DNA of 64,000 nt from Yuukianura sp. NJ FZ-2021 (Eukaryota): contig CM102289.1 of the NCBI GenBank assembly GCA_046563655.1, positions 3,410,001-3,474,000 of the forward strand, read 5' to 3'. The stretch's first letter is position 1. Each line of letters starts with the position of its first letter. Position numbers and translations under genes: made by a program. Positions 21,601-34,700 of the stretch are shown here, in pieces. The notes under the pieces are model-generated. The model was given only the letters and a program-made list of their open reading frames with translations, did no database searches and was not told the DNA's origin.

Positions 21601-24600
21601 TCTGATAAAAGGTTTTTGTTTGCACTGGATTTGCATCTATCTCGAATTCAAAAGTTGTTTGCAGACGTCAAAGGAGTTCCACACGAAACTAGTTCAATTC
21701 CAAAAACGGTGAAGTTTTCATGCTGACACGTAAAATTACTTTTTTTTTTCAATAACAAAATTTTGAAAACCATTAGTTCAAAAGAGTACTTGCATAAGAA
21801 TGAATAGAAAGGATGGCAATTTGCCAAGTTTGCTCCAAAAAATGCGGTTTTTGCTTTTACTTTCTTCTCCTTAGCTAAATAGAAATTTGACGCAATAGTT
21901 TGTGCTAATTGTAAATAATACTTTTAACTTTACTTCTTCTTATTAACTCAATTATCAAAATCTAAACTAATATTATAATTAGGTTAGAAATTAAGACACA
22001 ATTAAGAGGAATTTCTAGATTCTAGAACCTGAAGTTGTAACTCAATGGTGCAAGCACATAACGGAAGTCTTTTTTGAGTGACTCCGTGAAGGCATCTGCT
22101 CAGCCGGTCTGAGACAAATGTACTTCTTCCTTTGGTGCACATTTTTCTGCCCGTTTGAACGTAAGCTCCTCATGGAGTCCATTTTTTGGAGTATTTACTA
22201 CCATTGAATTATATGTTAAGTTAGGTAAGTTAGGTGTACTTTACTAAAAGCGTAAAGTAGGAAATAATTGGAGAAAGCACTTGTTCAACTTTCTCCGTTT
22301 TGAAGATAAGAGGAACTCAATAGGCCATTAACTCAATTCAACTTTCATTCTTGTTGCTTAAAGCATTAAAAAAAGTCACTCAAACTTAAATACTTGATTA
22401 GTTACTTAAATTAACTCAACCATTGCATGGCTCTTGTTAGTTTTAAGCAATGGAGTGACTCAATTGTTACTCACTGAACCAGTTATTAACTTAAATATTT
22501 ACTAAACTTAAATAGATTTGAATGTCGTTCAGAACCAATACACTAACTAAAAAAGGCAAAGACAATTATGGGTAAAATTATTTAGAAAGGTAAGATAATG
22601 AAAGTTAGGGGAAAAAAAGTGACAAACAGAAAAGCTCGTTCACTCATTCCAAAAATGAACTTAAAAAGCGTTACTTAATAACTACTGATAATTGCTCTAA
22701 AAATCATTCTTAAAGACTCCCAGAGTTTCCTGCGGAGAACTCCATTGTTGTCAACACCTATTATACTTAATACTTAATTATTGTAATTGTTAATAAAATG
22801 AAATCGAAAACACACATGTTCTGCTAAATCAAAGTTCAGTGGCCTTTCAATTTCACAAATTATATGTTTTTAGAAGCTAAAAATTTTAGCGTTTGTGAAA
22901 AATCAAACTACCATATACTATGTAAAACATTCTCAAATTGCCCAGTATTGCGTTTTTTTTTTCCAACCAGGCATTTTTTCATTCTTTTTCCAACCAAACT
23001 GTTTTGAGTGACAAGTTTGCCAAGCGTGTTGCTTAGTTCCGCAGTGAACGTTGATATTTCTTAAAGTGTTTCCTACTGCTTTAGTTTCTGGAGGCATTAG
23101 ATTATACTGGAGGGTAATTTAATTTGGCGAAGAACTGCCATCACTTAAGAGGCACTTACAAAACGCAGAGTTTAGAAAACATTAGTTTAGTTTTCCAAAA
23201 AGAAGAAGGAAAAAGACTTTGTGTAGCAGCATGTCCCAGTCTTCTACGTCAAGTCTTTACTACGCCCATTCGCTCTGCTGCATTCACACTAAGGGAATCG
23301 ATTTAACTTTCTCCGGAACTCCACTGTTGTCTAACTTTCACACTCCACCCTAACTTTTACCACTGCCTAGCCATCCAGCTGTATTTGGCAACTCTGGACC
23401 ACTTTGATGCAGCCTCTGCCGAAGCCGGCAGTCTCACAGAGTCTTTTGGCACAATTTCATCCCAGGAACTATACGATATGGACCTCTGCCTTAGAAACCC
23501 AACTATGCACAAATATATTGGACGGTTTACTTATATTTCCAAGCCACTTTCTTGCCGTTTCCTTTCATCCAATTTATTTTCTCCTGCCGCTGGAACACTT
23601 TCTTCGAAGGAATTTCAAACCACTTTCGGTGTTCCCAATTCCATGTCTGATCTCTCCTCGTTTTCTATTTACTTAATTTCTGTTTCTCTTTACTCGTTGA
23701 AAAAATAACTATAAAGTCCTAACTTTGTTTGATCTTTTCAACCTTTCTTGCAGAACTCCAAATTCTCCCGCCAAATTGCTACAGTTCAAGGTTTTTAAAA
23801 ACCTTTGAGTTTTTTTAAAACCCAGCCCGCTTGTTTTCAAAACACCCCAGGGGTATTTAAGGTTTTCAAATGCCTTTCGATTGTAACGCAGATCATCCAG
23901 AAAATTGTTTAGGTTACTCACTCTTATGTTTAGGATAACGGCAAATGGCGATAGTGGCAACTCGATAAACCATTTTTACTTTTCCCATACCCTATGTTAT
24001 TTAAAGCAGGAATCCATCTAGTTCCGTACACAAGCTGAAGCTATCTCCTTTTGAGAGCGCTGTTAGAAATCCGCTTATTATTCATCCTTTAGACTCACTT
24101 AAAATGCAATGGAGCCTGCTGGAAGTAAACGAGTTTTACATGAATTCTGCAGAGAAGTTTCAAGAAAGTGGTTCATTTAAAAGCCTCTTGTGGAGTTTCG
24201 GCCTTCATAATACACCTTGACTCTGGTTTTCTCTTTTGGTAACCAAACTGCGTGATGGATTGATCTATGCGTTGGAATTAGCTTTTCAAATTCAGAAAAC
24301 TAGAGCTTTTCTGAAGGCTCCTAGTCTGAATACACTTTCTGTTCGAGACGCCTCTTGAATTTTAGACGACTCTCACTTTCACTTTGCATGGAAACAAAGG
24401 TAAGTATAGGAGTTGCCACACGCAACCACTGCAGTGGCATTCCTTCCAGAATTCTAGCCATGGAGGGCCCTTCAATTCCAAAAGTGTGGGATTTGAGACT
24501 AATCAAAAAGAGGATGACTTTATTATTACCTTAACTTCCTCAACATGAATATTCACTTTGGAGGGGAAATTTGCATAGTAGAGTCCATACGTGGAAGCTT

Positions 24601-27303
24601 TATTAAGGCCACGAGTACAAAAAGAAAAGTTTAGAACAAAGTGCTCTGCCTTGTTGACAAATTATAAATTCCAGTGCCCAGACTTTTCTTAACTTTTTGA
24701 GAGAACAAAAGGGAGCGGAGGAGAACAAGGGAAAATCACTTCACCTTTTACCAAAAACTTTTTGTTTTCAAAGGAAATCAATGAAAACTCATTTCTTAAG
24801 GCAAAATGAACTGCCATAAAGTTTTTATGGAAATTTTGAAAAAATAACTCGAGAACGTCAAACAAAAAAAAAGTTTAACAAAAAATTTTGACAAATTATG
24901 GTGTCTTTTGACTTTTAAAAACGACCTAAATAGAGTAAGACAAAGTTAGGAAGAATTCCAAAAAGCTCACAACTTGTCAAAGCATGGAATTGCGTTGTGA
25001 TGGTTTAAAATTTGTGAAATTGTTAAGAATTATTTTAGCCGTTATTTTTCTTAGCAGGAAGGTTTTACAAGTATTTTGCTGATTAAAAGCTGCTTCAGTG
25101 TAAAAATATTGGTAAAAAGCAACAAACCAGATGATTGTGCCGAAGCACAGAGAAAAGGAAAAGTGTTTTAAGCGGGATAAATCAAAAGCTGGAATGCGCA
25201 GGAGATTAGTCTTTTCTGTAGCTTGCATGGGTTCCATAAACAGGAGGAATCCATCTACTAGTCCTGCCGTCGCGTCGTCCAAATTAACCCCAAAAATATA
25301 TTAGTATTGATTTTTTAATTTTGCAAAATTAGAATTCTACAAAACTAGAAAATTAGTTTGCGCATTTTATGAATCAAGCGTTCTGTTATTTCCTCGTTAT
25401 GATTTCTTTCCGCGTGACAATTCTTAAGTAGTTAAGTTTTCTAATTATGTTACATTCAACAGCCACCTTTTGACATTCTCTAAACAAATGTCACAATGTA
25501 ACCTCCCCCACTTGTATTAATTCAAGTTCTAAAAATGGGCATTATTGCTGAAGTCGTTATTGCTACTCGACTTCAGTCATTATTAGTTAAACTCTGGAAT
25601 GAAACTTTGTTTTGCTTGTAAAGTCTGGTCAACCGTTGAAGCACATTTTTAACCAAAACGTCTTCAACTAAGAATTTTGGCGGTATGAAAGTGGTGGAGA
25701 GGCGTAAGTTGAAGTTTAGCGGAGAAAGTTGTGGGAGTTGGTGAGTTTGGATTGAAACGGCGTGTTGGTGCACATTGGGTTTGGGCATGAGACGTTACCT
25801 TTTTCTACTCTTTCGTTCTATTCTGTTAACATAAGCCTAGTCGAAAGTGGTTTGGGTCGATAAGAACCTTGGTCGGGAGTGTGTCTTCTTCGTACATTGG
25901 CCGAGTGAGCCTGTTCTACGAGTCTGGATTGGTGGAATCGAGACCGGGGAAAAGCATCACGAAAGTATAGCAGAGAGGGGAATACTTTCACCCGCTCCTT
26001 TCTCCCGTCGTCCTCTTCCGAAAGATCCCCAAGGCAAGGCTCCACCAACATTCCTCAACCAGTCTCGACACAGACCGGAGCAGGAGAGACCCACTTCCCA
26101 AAAGAAACACGAAATACCACCCAACCCAACAGGACTTTTGGTTGCCCAGTATTCAAAACTCGTGCGTGAAGCACAACGAGGAAGTCAGTCGCCGTTCCTG
26201 GATGAAATCAGAAGACGTCTAGTGTAGTGCTGCTCTGGTTCCCGTTTTTTGACATCTCTCACCTGGACTTTGACTAATTGCCTCTCCACTTCCATTCTTC
26301 TATTACGACCAATCTAGGTTCTCCAAAACCTAATCTAAACAAAGTTAGAGCGAAGACGGAAGTGAAAGCGGAAGAAAGTGACAGATCCACGTGCCTCAGC
26401 CTACGTCACTTCATCAAAATCACGATACAGAATGAGACAAAAGCGGAACAAAAACCACACTGCGGTTCACACGAGGACCTGAGACACTTTCTAGCATTGT
26501 TGACATGGCCAGTGTCACTTGAGGTCATCTCGGCCAAAGTTCCCTTGTCATGTGATAAGTTGTGTATAGGAGGGACTATAGGCACACGTTGAAGGCTTTC
26601 TTAGCTTTCTAGCCTCCAGAACTGTTCCTCTCTAATCGCAAGTATTATATTACCCGCCTCTCGTCGACTTGGAAGCACTTTGGAATGGAAAAGTTGGCAA
26701 TGGAGCAAGTTGTGAAGAAGTGAAAAGGAAAGCCAAGAACTTGGAAAAAACTCAATCCGAGTTTCCTTTGAAAGAAAAGGGCAGAGAGAGAGAGATTTGG
26801 GCTATTGGAGAAAAGTGTACAATAAAGAAGGAGAAAGCTGGTCGGTCGCCACTTTGAGACTTATAGGCATTCCCCATTCAACTAAAAGTTACGTTATACT
26901 AACCTAACCCAAACAAACCAACATGGAAGAATCGTTACACTGTACCACAGTAGTTCTCTTCGGCAGTCGCCAGTCTCCAGTACATTTATGGCAGCATCAG
27001 GATCATCTCCATGCAAAGTGTTCTTCATCTTTGGTCCAAAACTCTCATACACGCAGTCTCGCCCCCTCCCAAGTCCCATTTCCACTTACACACTTTGACT
27101 AAATGTGGAGCCCCGGACGAAGTCAAGTTGGAAACACTTTTTCAACTGTAAACATCAGGTTTAACCGCCTCTATATGCAAAGATGCAGCTTTTGAGCCAT
27201 TATGCTTAGAGTGACTGAGTTAAATTAGTGGCGGAGGGAGTGACGAAAATCCTTAGAATGGTATCTTAAGTGCGGGAACTATGAAAAGGAACTTTTCCTG
27301 ACA

Positions 27304-28714
27304 ATGGCCTCAGCAGACTCCCTAGCACGCAATTTTTTATTCTATTTTCTTCTCATCGTCTCGGGAATCCTCTTGAGGCAAGGTAAGACTCAGAGTCGTC
27401 AAAGACTTTCACTTCCGGTTTATTACACTCCAAAGACAGACTCCAAAACATAGCCTAACTTAGGAGTTAGAGAAAGGCATGACACAAATTGCAATTCCCA
27501 CTAAGCCTGAAGTGGCAGGCAACCTTCAGTCAAACAGTTCGTTCCGCTTAATAACGGAGAAAGTAGAAGGACCCATCATTTATTTACTTCTGTCCCTCGG
27601 CCCTTTACATTCTTCCGAGAAATGGAGTTTCACTTCAAATGACAATGGGCTGGAAGTAAGTCAAATGGTGTTTACTAACGAAAATGGCAAACGAAGAGTT
27701 TGGCACTTATTTTGATGGAATTTGTTAGATTTAACGTTAATGACCTGACATACCCCACAGAAAACATGAATTTGACAACCCAATTTGAGAAATGGTAGAG
27801 TTTTCAAAAATGCTCAAAATTTAAAAAAAAATGAAAAATGGAAAAGTCTTGATTTTCAGAATGTTTCGGCTTCTTTTGAACGTTCAGAAGGATCCATGAA
27901 TTCTAAACTTTTGGAATGTTTTGAAATATAATATCATGCAATTTCGGTGTTTTGAAATATGGAGCCAAGAAGTTATGGGTATTTTTTATTTTTGCTTGTT
28001 TTTGTTTTGATTCTGTCATTTACAAAAAAAAAACCGTTTGTGGACTGTTTTGAATTTAAGCAGCAGCAGAAATTCTTCGAGCAGATACCATTCATTCCAT
28101 TTAGTGAAAAGCGTCTCAGTTTGTCGATTGTCATTCCGTATTTTGAGGATTGTAGAACGTGCCATAGGAATTGTCCAAAGGATGTAATCCCTATAATTTC
28201 CCTAGCGAAAGCTATAAGGAATTACTTTCACTTCAATCTTCATTTTTAGTGGTGCCATTCCATTTGCCATACAGAACTTTCTCCTCTACTATTGAGAACT
28301 CTAATTCCATAAAGATGAGAGTAAGATATCGATCTGGACTGGGGAAACTATCACCCGGGACTTCCCTTAATACATCTTTCATAACTTTTTGGGTCCTAAT
28401 TATTCTGTCAAAACAATTGGAAATTGGAAAGTGGCTTGAACAATGGGAGTCATCTTCCCATTTCCTCAGATTTCATTTGAAGTCTCTTAATTAAAGCCAG
28501 AGTGCTTAGACTTCAGGACCACTCAAAGGGCTTATTTATTAGACCAAAAGCTTCCTAGTCTTTGCGGAATCTCCTCTTCAGATTTTCATAATTTTGAATT
28601 TTAAGTCCTTTTTTCATAAAAAAAATTGTTGTTTCGTCTTTTGATAGCTATTTTAGTCTTCTGGAGACGCACGTCTACGACGTGCTGAAGAAGACTATTG
28701 ATACGACTTTGTCT

Positions 28715-28748
<34 letters not shown>

Positions 28749-31700
28749 CTGTCACGTTTTTTAGGATTCATTGCACTGAAACATTAGCCCCATCGCAGTC
28801 GGGGGGTTATGTATGGCTCAAGAGTTTTCAGTAGGTCTACATTGCACTCAAAGTGTTAAATTAACAACGTAAAAGTTGGCGGCTACTTTACGTACCCGCA
28901 GTATCGTGGCTCCGCAAAACTGTTTTGGTTTCGATTGCACTCAAAATATTTATAAACAACGAAGTTTTGATCTGGTCATTTTCTGGCAGTATGTTTAATT
29001 ACGTTCTTAACTTAAGACTGATTAGAGGGTAGAAAATCCGGCTTAAATGTGTCATATGTGAATAGTGCATAACAGGAGTCAAATTTGCATTTACTAGAAA
29101 TTTTTATAATTTTGATCTTAACAAACGATATTCCACTCTTTAGCTTATGCCCTTATTTACCACATTGTGCGTTTATTTGAACCGATTTAGATTTTACAGA
29201 AACTATATTCGAGTACTGCTTCTCAACGTTCAATTTTGTGCACACTTATAAGTAGATGCACATAAGTGTCAAATTGCGCAGATATTTTGACGCTGGGTAA
29301 TGAACCTTGTTATTTCAACATTTGTGCATACTGGAGAATAACTGCACATACATCTTTTAGAATGGTGATTACATCAGAATAATTGTGCATTTATATGAAC
29401 AGATTTAATGGAATTCTAATTGTGTTCATACTTGAGAACAATTTGATGCAAAAATGTTGTGAATCAAAATAATTTTCAGGAGAGTGAAAACTGTTCAGGA
29501 CTAAAGCTGAACTACATTCTTATGCAAACGGTTTTTTCACATTTTGGTGCAATTGTGCACAAAAAGGCCCCACATCTGCACTGAAAATTTTGAGCGACGT
29601 TTTGGTGCATCAGCTACATGAAAACGGTTTCTCAGTTCGGCCACATTTTTGCGGCAGGCCGGTCTCAATGTCGTATCAATTGTCAACTCCCTCCAGAAGA
29701 CCTATGCTCAACCCTTGAGCATTGCCCTACCTTGTTTAGTTTAGACTAGAGGGAAACTGCGCAAAAGCGGATTGATTTTTGAAACAGAAGTACCTGAAGT
29801 AAACGTCCAAGCACACGATTGGTTGAATGAACTCAATTAAACGTCATTGAGTGTTAGCAATTGAGCAAACCAATAGAGAAGAGGATTCTTTTTTGTGAAA
29901 CTGTAGTGGATCGATTGTTGAACATGTTCTGAACATGTTTGAGGAAACTTGTGTTGAAAGTTGTCAGTGGCAAAGGGTTATGGACTCCCATGTGGCATTT
30001 CCCTGTGAATGTATCGCTTTGATTGTGGAGGTGAAAGTAAGTCTATTGAAGTTATTTGTGTCCTTTGGATTTCCTGCATTGGAAGGAGTATGATGAGTAA
30101 GAGAAAAGGAGTGAAAGGCCTCGGGAGACCTTCCCTAGCTTAACTTTCCTTTCACCTCAAAGTCACTTCACATTACCACCTTCCCTACAAACAGAAAACC
30201 AAACTTTGCCTTTTTTCAAACTCAAATCATACCAAAACCAAGCCAAATCGCTGAAATCAGAATAGAATTATTCATTGGGAACTATATAATTTTCATTTTC
30301 AAGAATTCTTGGGAAACTTTGTTATTCTTATATTTGAAAATTTTATGAAATATTCTGAGTTGAACTGAGAGGTAGTTATATAACTCAAAATTCACAACTT
30401 ACGCTAAACTAGGGAGCTAGTTTGCTAAAACGAGTAACGCGTAGAATTAGTTGAGTTAGCTTCAGCTAGATTTTATTTTGCCTTTTAATGTGCTAATGAA
30501 AGAAGTAAAATCGACGATGTTTTTCACATAGTAACTAATCATGCGGTGACTATAAGAAAAGTTGTATGCTAGGGATTTATCAATTTATGCGTAATTTGAA
30601 GTAAAAATTTTGCAATTTGACGTGGCAAAGCGAGAATTTTCTGGTTCTTAAATTTTTACATTTCTACAAGGGAATTTAAAAGCGAAATTCTCGAAATGAC
30701 TGTTAATATTTTTTAGAGCGATGATTATTGTTCTACTTTTGGCCCATCAGACATTCAGTGGTAGTAAGACAGCTGCTGGCAGAGAATATGAAGACAAAAT
30801 TATATAAAATTGAAATCCAATTTCTTTTTTTAACCTATGAAATGCATATTAAATTGAATGTCTTAAACTTTTTTTTCTTTTTCGTTGTCCATTATTTCAA
30901 AAACTTTGTAATAATAATGATCTGTGTGGAATCTTTACTGGTTTCTCACAAATTATTAAAGTTACTGCAGTGAACCAGAGTTAAAGATGTTTGCCGTAAA
31001 CGCCAAGAAAACTACAACCAACGATTGATATGAATATGCATTTTAGATTTTGTCGCACATCAAATTCTCGCAAAAATCAGCCGTTTCAGCATTCCACAAA
31101 CATAACCGGACACTTTTATCTAAATTCGCAATTTAGCGTGATTTGTGAACTAGAAAAAATACCGGCGTTAAATTCTAATACCTTTAGTAAGAAGCTGTTG
31201 GCTATTAAGCCCAATTTTGTATTTGAAAAACTTACAATTGGACTCTGACAGTGACATGTTCTGGATAATAAAGACGAGTTGAAAAACCTGCTGAAGTTAA
31301 GAAAACGGGGAAACTGGAACAATCGACATTGTCTTTCTTATTTGTGAACTCTGCTGGAACTGGAAAAGGCGATGAACTGCCAAGAGGTCAACCCTAAGCA
31401 AAGCAGTGTTGAGGCTTCTGAACTCAAACCAATTTATGCTAAAATTGTTCTCCTTAACACCTATATAATACCATGCATGAATTTTCAAAAGCTATCCAAA
31501 AATCATTCTCCAAAACTTGAAAAAAATTTGTTCCAGAAGATCTTTACTGAAGCCTTAAAAGGTAAGCGTCAAAATTTAAAAACGAAAAGATAATAAAGGT
31601 TCTAAGCTTTGTTTCGGTTTGAAGATGGGCAAGATTCTTCTTCTCACTGCCCTGGCCGTCGTTGCCGTCTTGTACGTCGTGGATGTCAGAGCGGTAAGTT

Positions 31701-34700
31701 TTTTCTTACTTTTCGAATCTAAGTACTCAATTCGAACTTTTAAAAATGAAACAGTTTAAACATTAGCTAACTTTTATATATTCCAGGGTGGACCAACTCC
31801 TCCGCCACCACCAGTGACCTGTGATCAGTCTTGTCAAAGTAAGCAATGATATCAATATAGTTTAAGCTTATTGTTTCAAAATGTGACTGGCTACATGAAT
31901 ACTTTTTTTTATTGTGCTACAGTGGTTCAAGCAAATTCGGACCTGTTCAAGCAATGCGTGGATAACTGCAAAGCGGCGCAAACCCAAGGAAATGCACTCG
32001 GTAAGAACCTTACTGACGCAGGGGGGCAACTCCAACAAGGCGCTGGAGCAATCGGTGGCAATAATGGCACAAGCGGAACAACGTAGTCATAAGGATACAA
32101 ATTATCCTCGCAAACGGCTATAACAAATGCAACTTATTTTATTTGAACGTAATCTGGACCAGAAATGAAAATCTAAACAAAAAGTAGTCAAACTGTAAAA
32201 ATATTTAGAAAATTTAGTGTGTTTACAAAATTCAAAATTGTAGCTTAGAAAATTATTAATCCGAGTTCTAATCAATAAATAGTAGCAAATTTGCAATGCA
32301 AAAACTCACTTTTTTTTTTAAATCTTAATTTCAGGATAGCTCGACTGCATAACTTTTACTTCCGCTGTAACTTTAAACTCGTCTTTAAACAAACAAAAGC
32401 CGTTAGGTCCAGAAGATCAAAATTCTTAAGAAAATGTAAAAAAAATCTGTCAAGCAGTGAAACTGTTTTTTTACTCCTTAAAAAATTGATTTAAAACTTT
32501 TTTTTTGGGGAGAATCAAATGATCGACTTACTGCCTAACCTGTTAGAGAAAAAGTTTTCTGTTGTCAAGACACCTTGCTCAGTCTCCTCCTCATTCTAAC
32601 TTTTTAAATGTTAACGTCCACATCCTCAATTTTACAATGCTGGGTTGCAAAATGCTGAATTCATTGAAAGGAGTTAACGAGCCAAGATCTTTGTAAAAAC
32701 ATGGATGACACGAGGAATGAGGGATTGTGGCATTTTGAGACATTAGTCATCCTTTCACTTCTATAGTATGGACAGCATCTTTTTGTCCCGGCAGCATGTC
32801 TCCTTTCATCTACAAAGCCACTATTTGGCTAGGAACATTAGACCTTTCATTCCGCTCTTCCTAAAATTATCCATACGGTCTTCGGACAGGCCAAAAATGC
32901 TGAATCTTCAGTTTTCTTTGGAGGGGAGAAGTTCTCATTTGTACTTCCAATTCATAAGCAACTTCCGTCTGTTTGCACTCCCAAAAAGGAATTTAACAGA
33001 AACACTTGCCAAAATAACAGGGAACAGCCCATTTGGAGGAGAAAATGCTTCACAAAAGTTCCTGTTAGTTCTTCCGTCTCCTAAAGATATCGACCGAACA
33101 ACAGCTCGTTCTTGCTTGGCTGCACAAAGCTTAAAACATCAAATTCGATGCTGAGAGAAACTAAAGCAAAACAAATACGAAAGAGTTTCTTACAAACCAA
33201 TGAATTTCTTGCTTCAAATCAACTTTCACCAGCAGACCAACAAAAATTCAACATTGTGGTTGACAGTCAGATTCAAGATTTTCAAAATTCAGAAAAATTC
33301 AAACCGTAAAAATGTCTCATGCAATCGAAGAATGGTGTAAGTGTAATATTACTGCTTAGGGAAAACTTGAGAAGGTTAGGCTAAGTTAGGAAAAAGCGCC
33401 AAGAGGGCCATCTTCTCCATCATTTGTATTCTTTTTAAGAGGTTTTCACTCCGCCGGGCGTAAAAACCGAAAAATCGGGTAATGCTTTATGGCACTTGAG
33501 TATTAAGAAATGGGAAAGTGGGAAGAAGTACGGCTGCGGGGCCTTGTTGAATGCAAATGCAGTGTTCAAGAAGTGATTTATAAAGGACTAGGTTCTCCAC
33601 TTTGATCCTACTGAATGTAATTCCATAGGATTTAAATGAATTTGGGCCAAAGATCCAATCATCTTAAGAAAAGAAGTGTTCGGAGAAAGAAGAAGAACAG
33701 AAAAAGACTGAAACCACTTGGAAAACTTACATATTTTGAAACCTAGGCATGGAGAGTGAAATGGCGTTGGGAAAATGCTAGAAGGAATTCATTGAAATCT
33801 TCCCTGATCCATTTGGATTAATTCTTTCCAAGGAAAAAAGTGTATGGCTTGAACCAGTGCTAACTGAAATGTTCAGGAGCAAGTAAATGCAATTAGGGTG
33901 GAAGATGAGAACGCTTAGTGTAGTTTAAATTCTGTGCCTCTCCTACAGAGTCTTTTGCACTTAAAAAATAAAATTGAGAGGTAATTCCCATTAAGTTTAA
34001 GGTGAAAGTCGTTTAACTTTTACACGAAAAGAAAGTCGGTCCTCTTCCATTACGTTGGAAAAAATGAAGCTATAAAGGGAATGGACAGCCACCAGGTACA
34101 AAAAAATGGCCAACGCAAAGTTTATTAAAATCTAAAGTTTAGAGAAATTTTTTTTAGTTTCAGATAATCATGAAATTTCGAAACTGCTTTACGTACTTCC
34201 GCTTTTCTGCCTGGAAGCAATGACTCATTTGCCAGCTTTTAACTTCTATATAAAAACAACAGAAATATGAGGCTTCCGATTTCCATTTTCAATTTCAAAC
34301 TTTTAGTTTACTCAAAACAGAACAAAAAGCGAACTCTGAGTTTTATTAGTGTACTTTGCAAATTGAATTTTTCAAAATAACAATCAAAATTGAAAACTAT
34401 GTTGACATAAAATGTTGAGACTAGCTCGTAATTTGCGGCCACGCCTATGAAACACAGAGTTGCCAACCCCCTGTACGTGTTCATCTGACACATTTAATTA
34501 TTTTCAATCTATTAATCATAGAACACGTCTTCCCAAAATGTTGAAACGAGAAAGCATTCATCAAATTCAAACTTCTACCTCACCAAATCTCTCCTGATTG
34601 TATCACATGAAGAAAGCTCATCCACACAAAAAGTTTGTTTCAGGACTCTATAGATTTTCTAGAAGCATCATAAGGTCCAAAAGCTTCCAACAGAAGTAGA

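Noticed and set aside
25847..26592. ORFs of 126 and 104 aa upstream of beta1
   Set aside because: No recognisable homology or clear exon structure; more likely beta1 5'UTR or promoter region.
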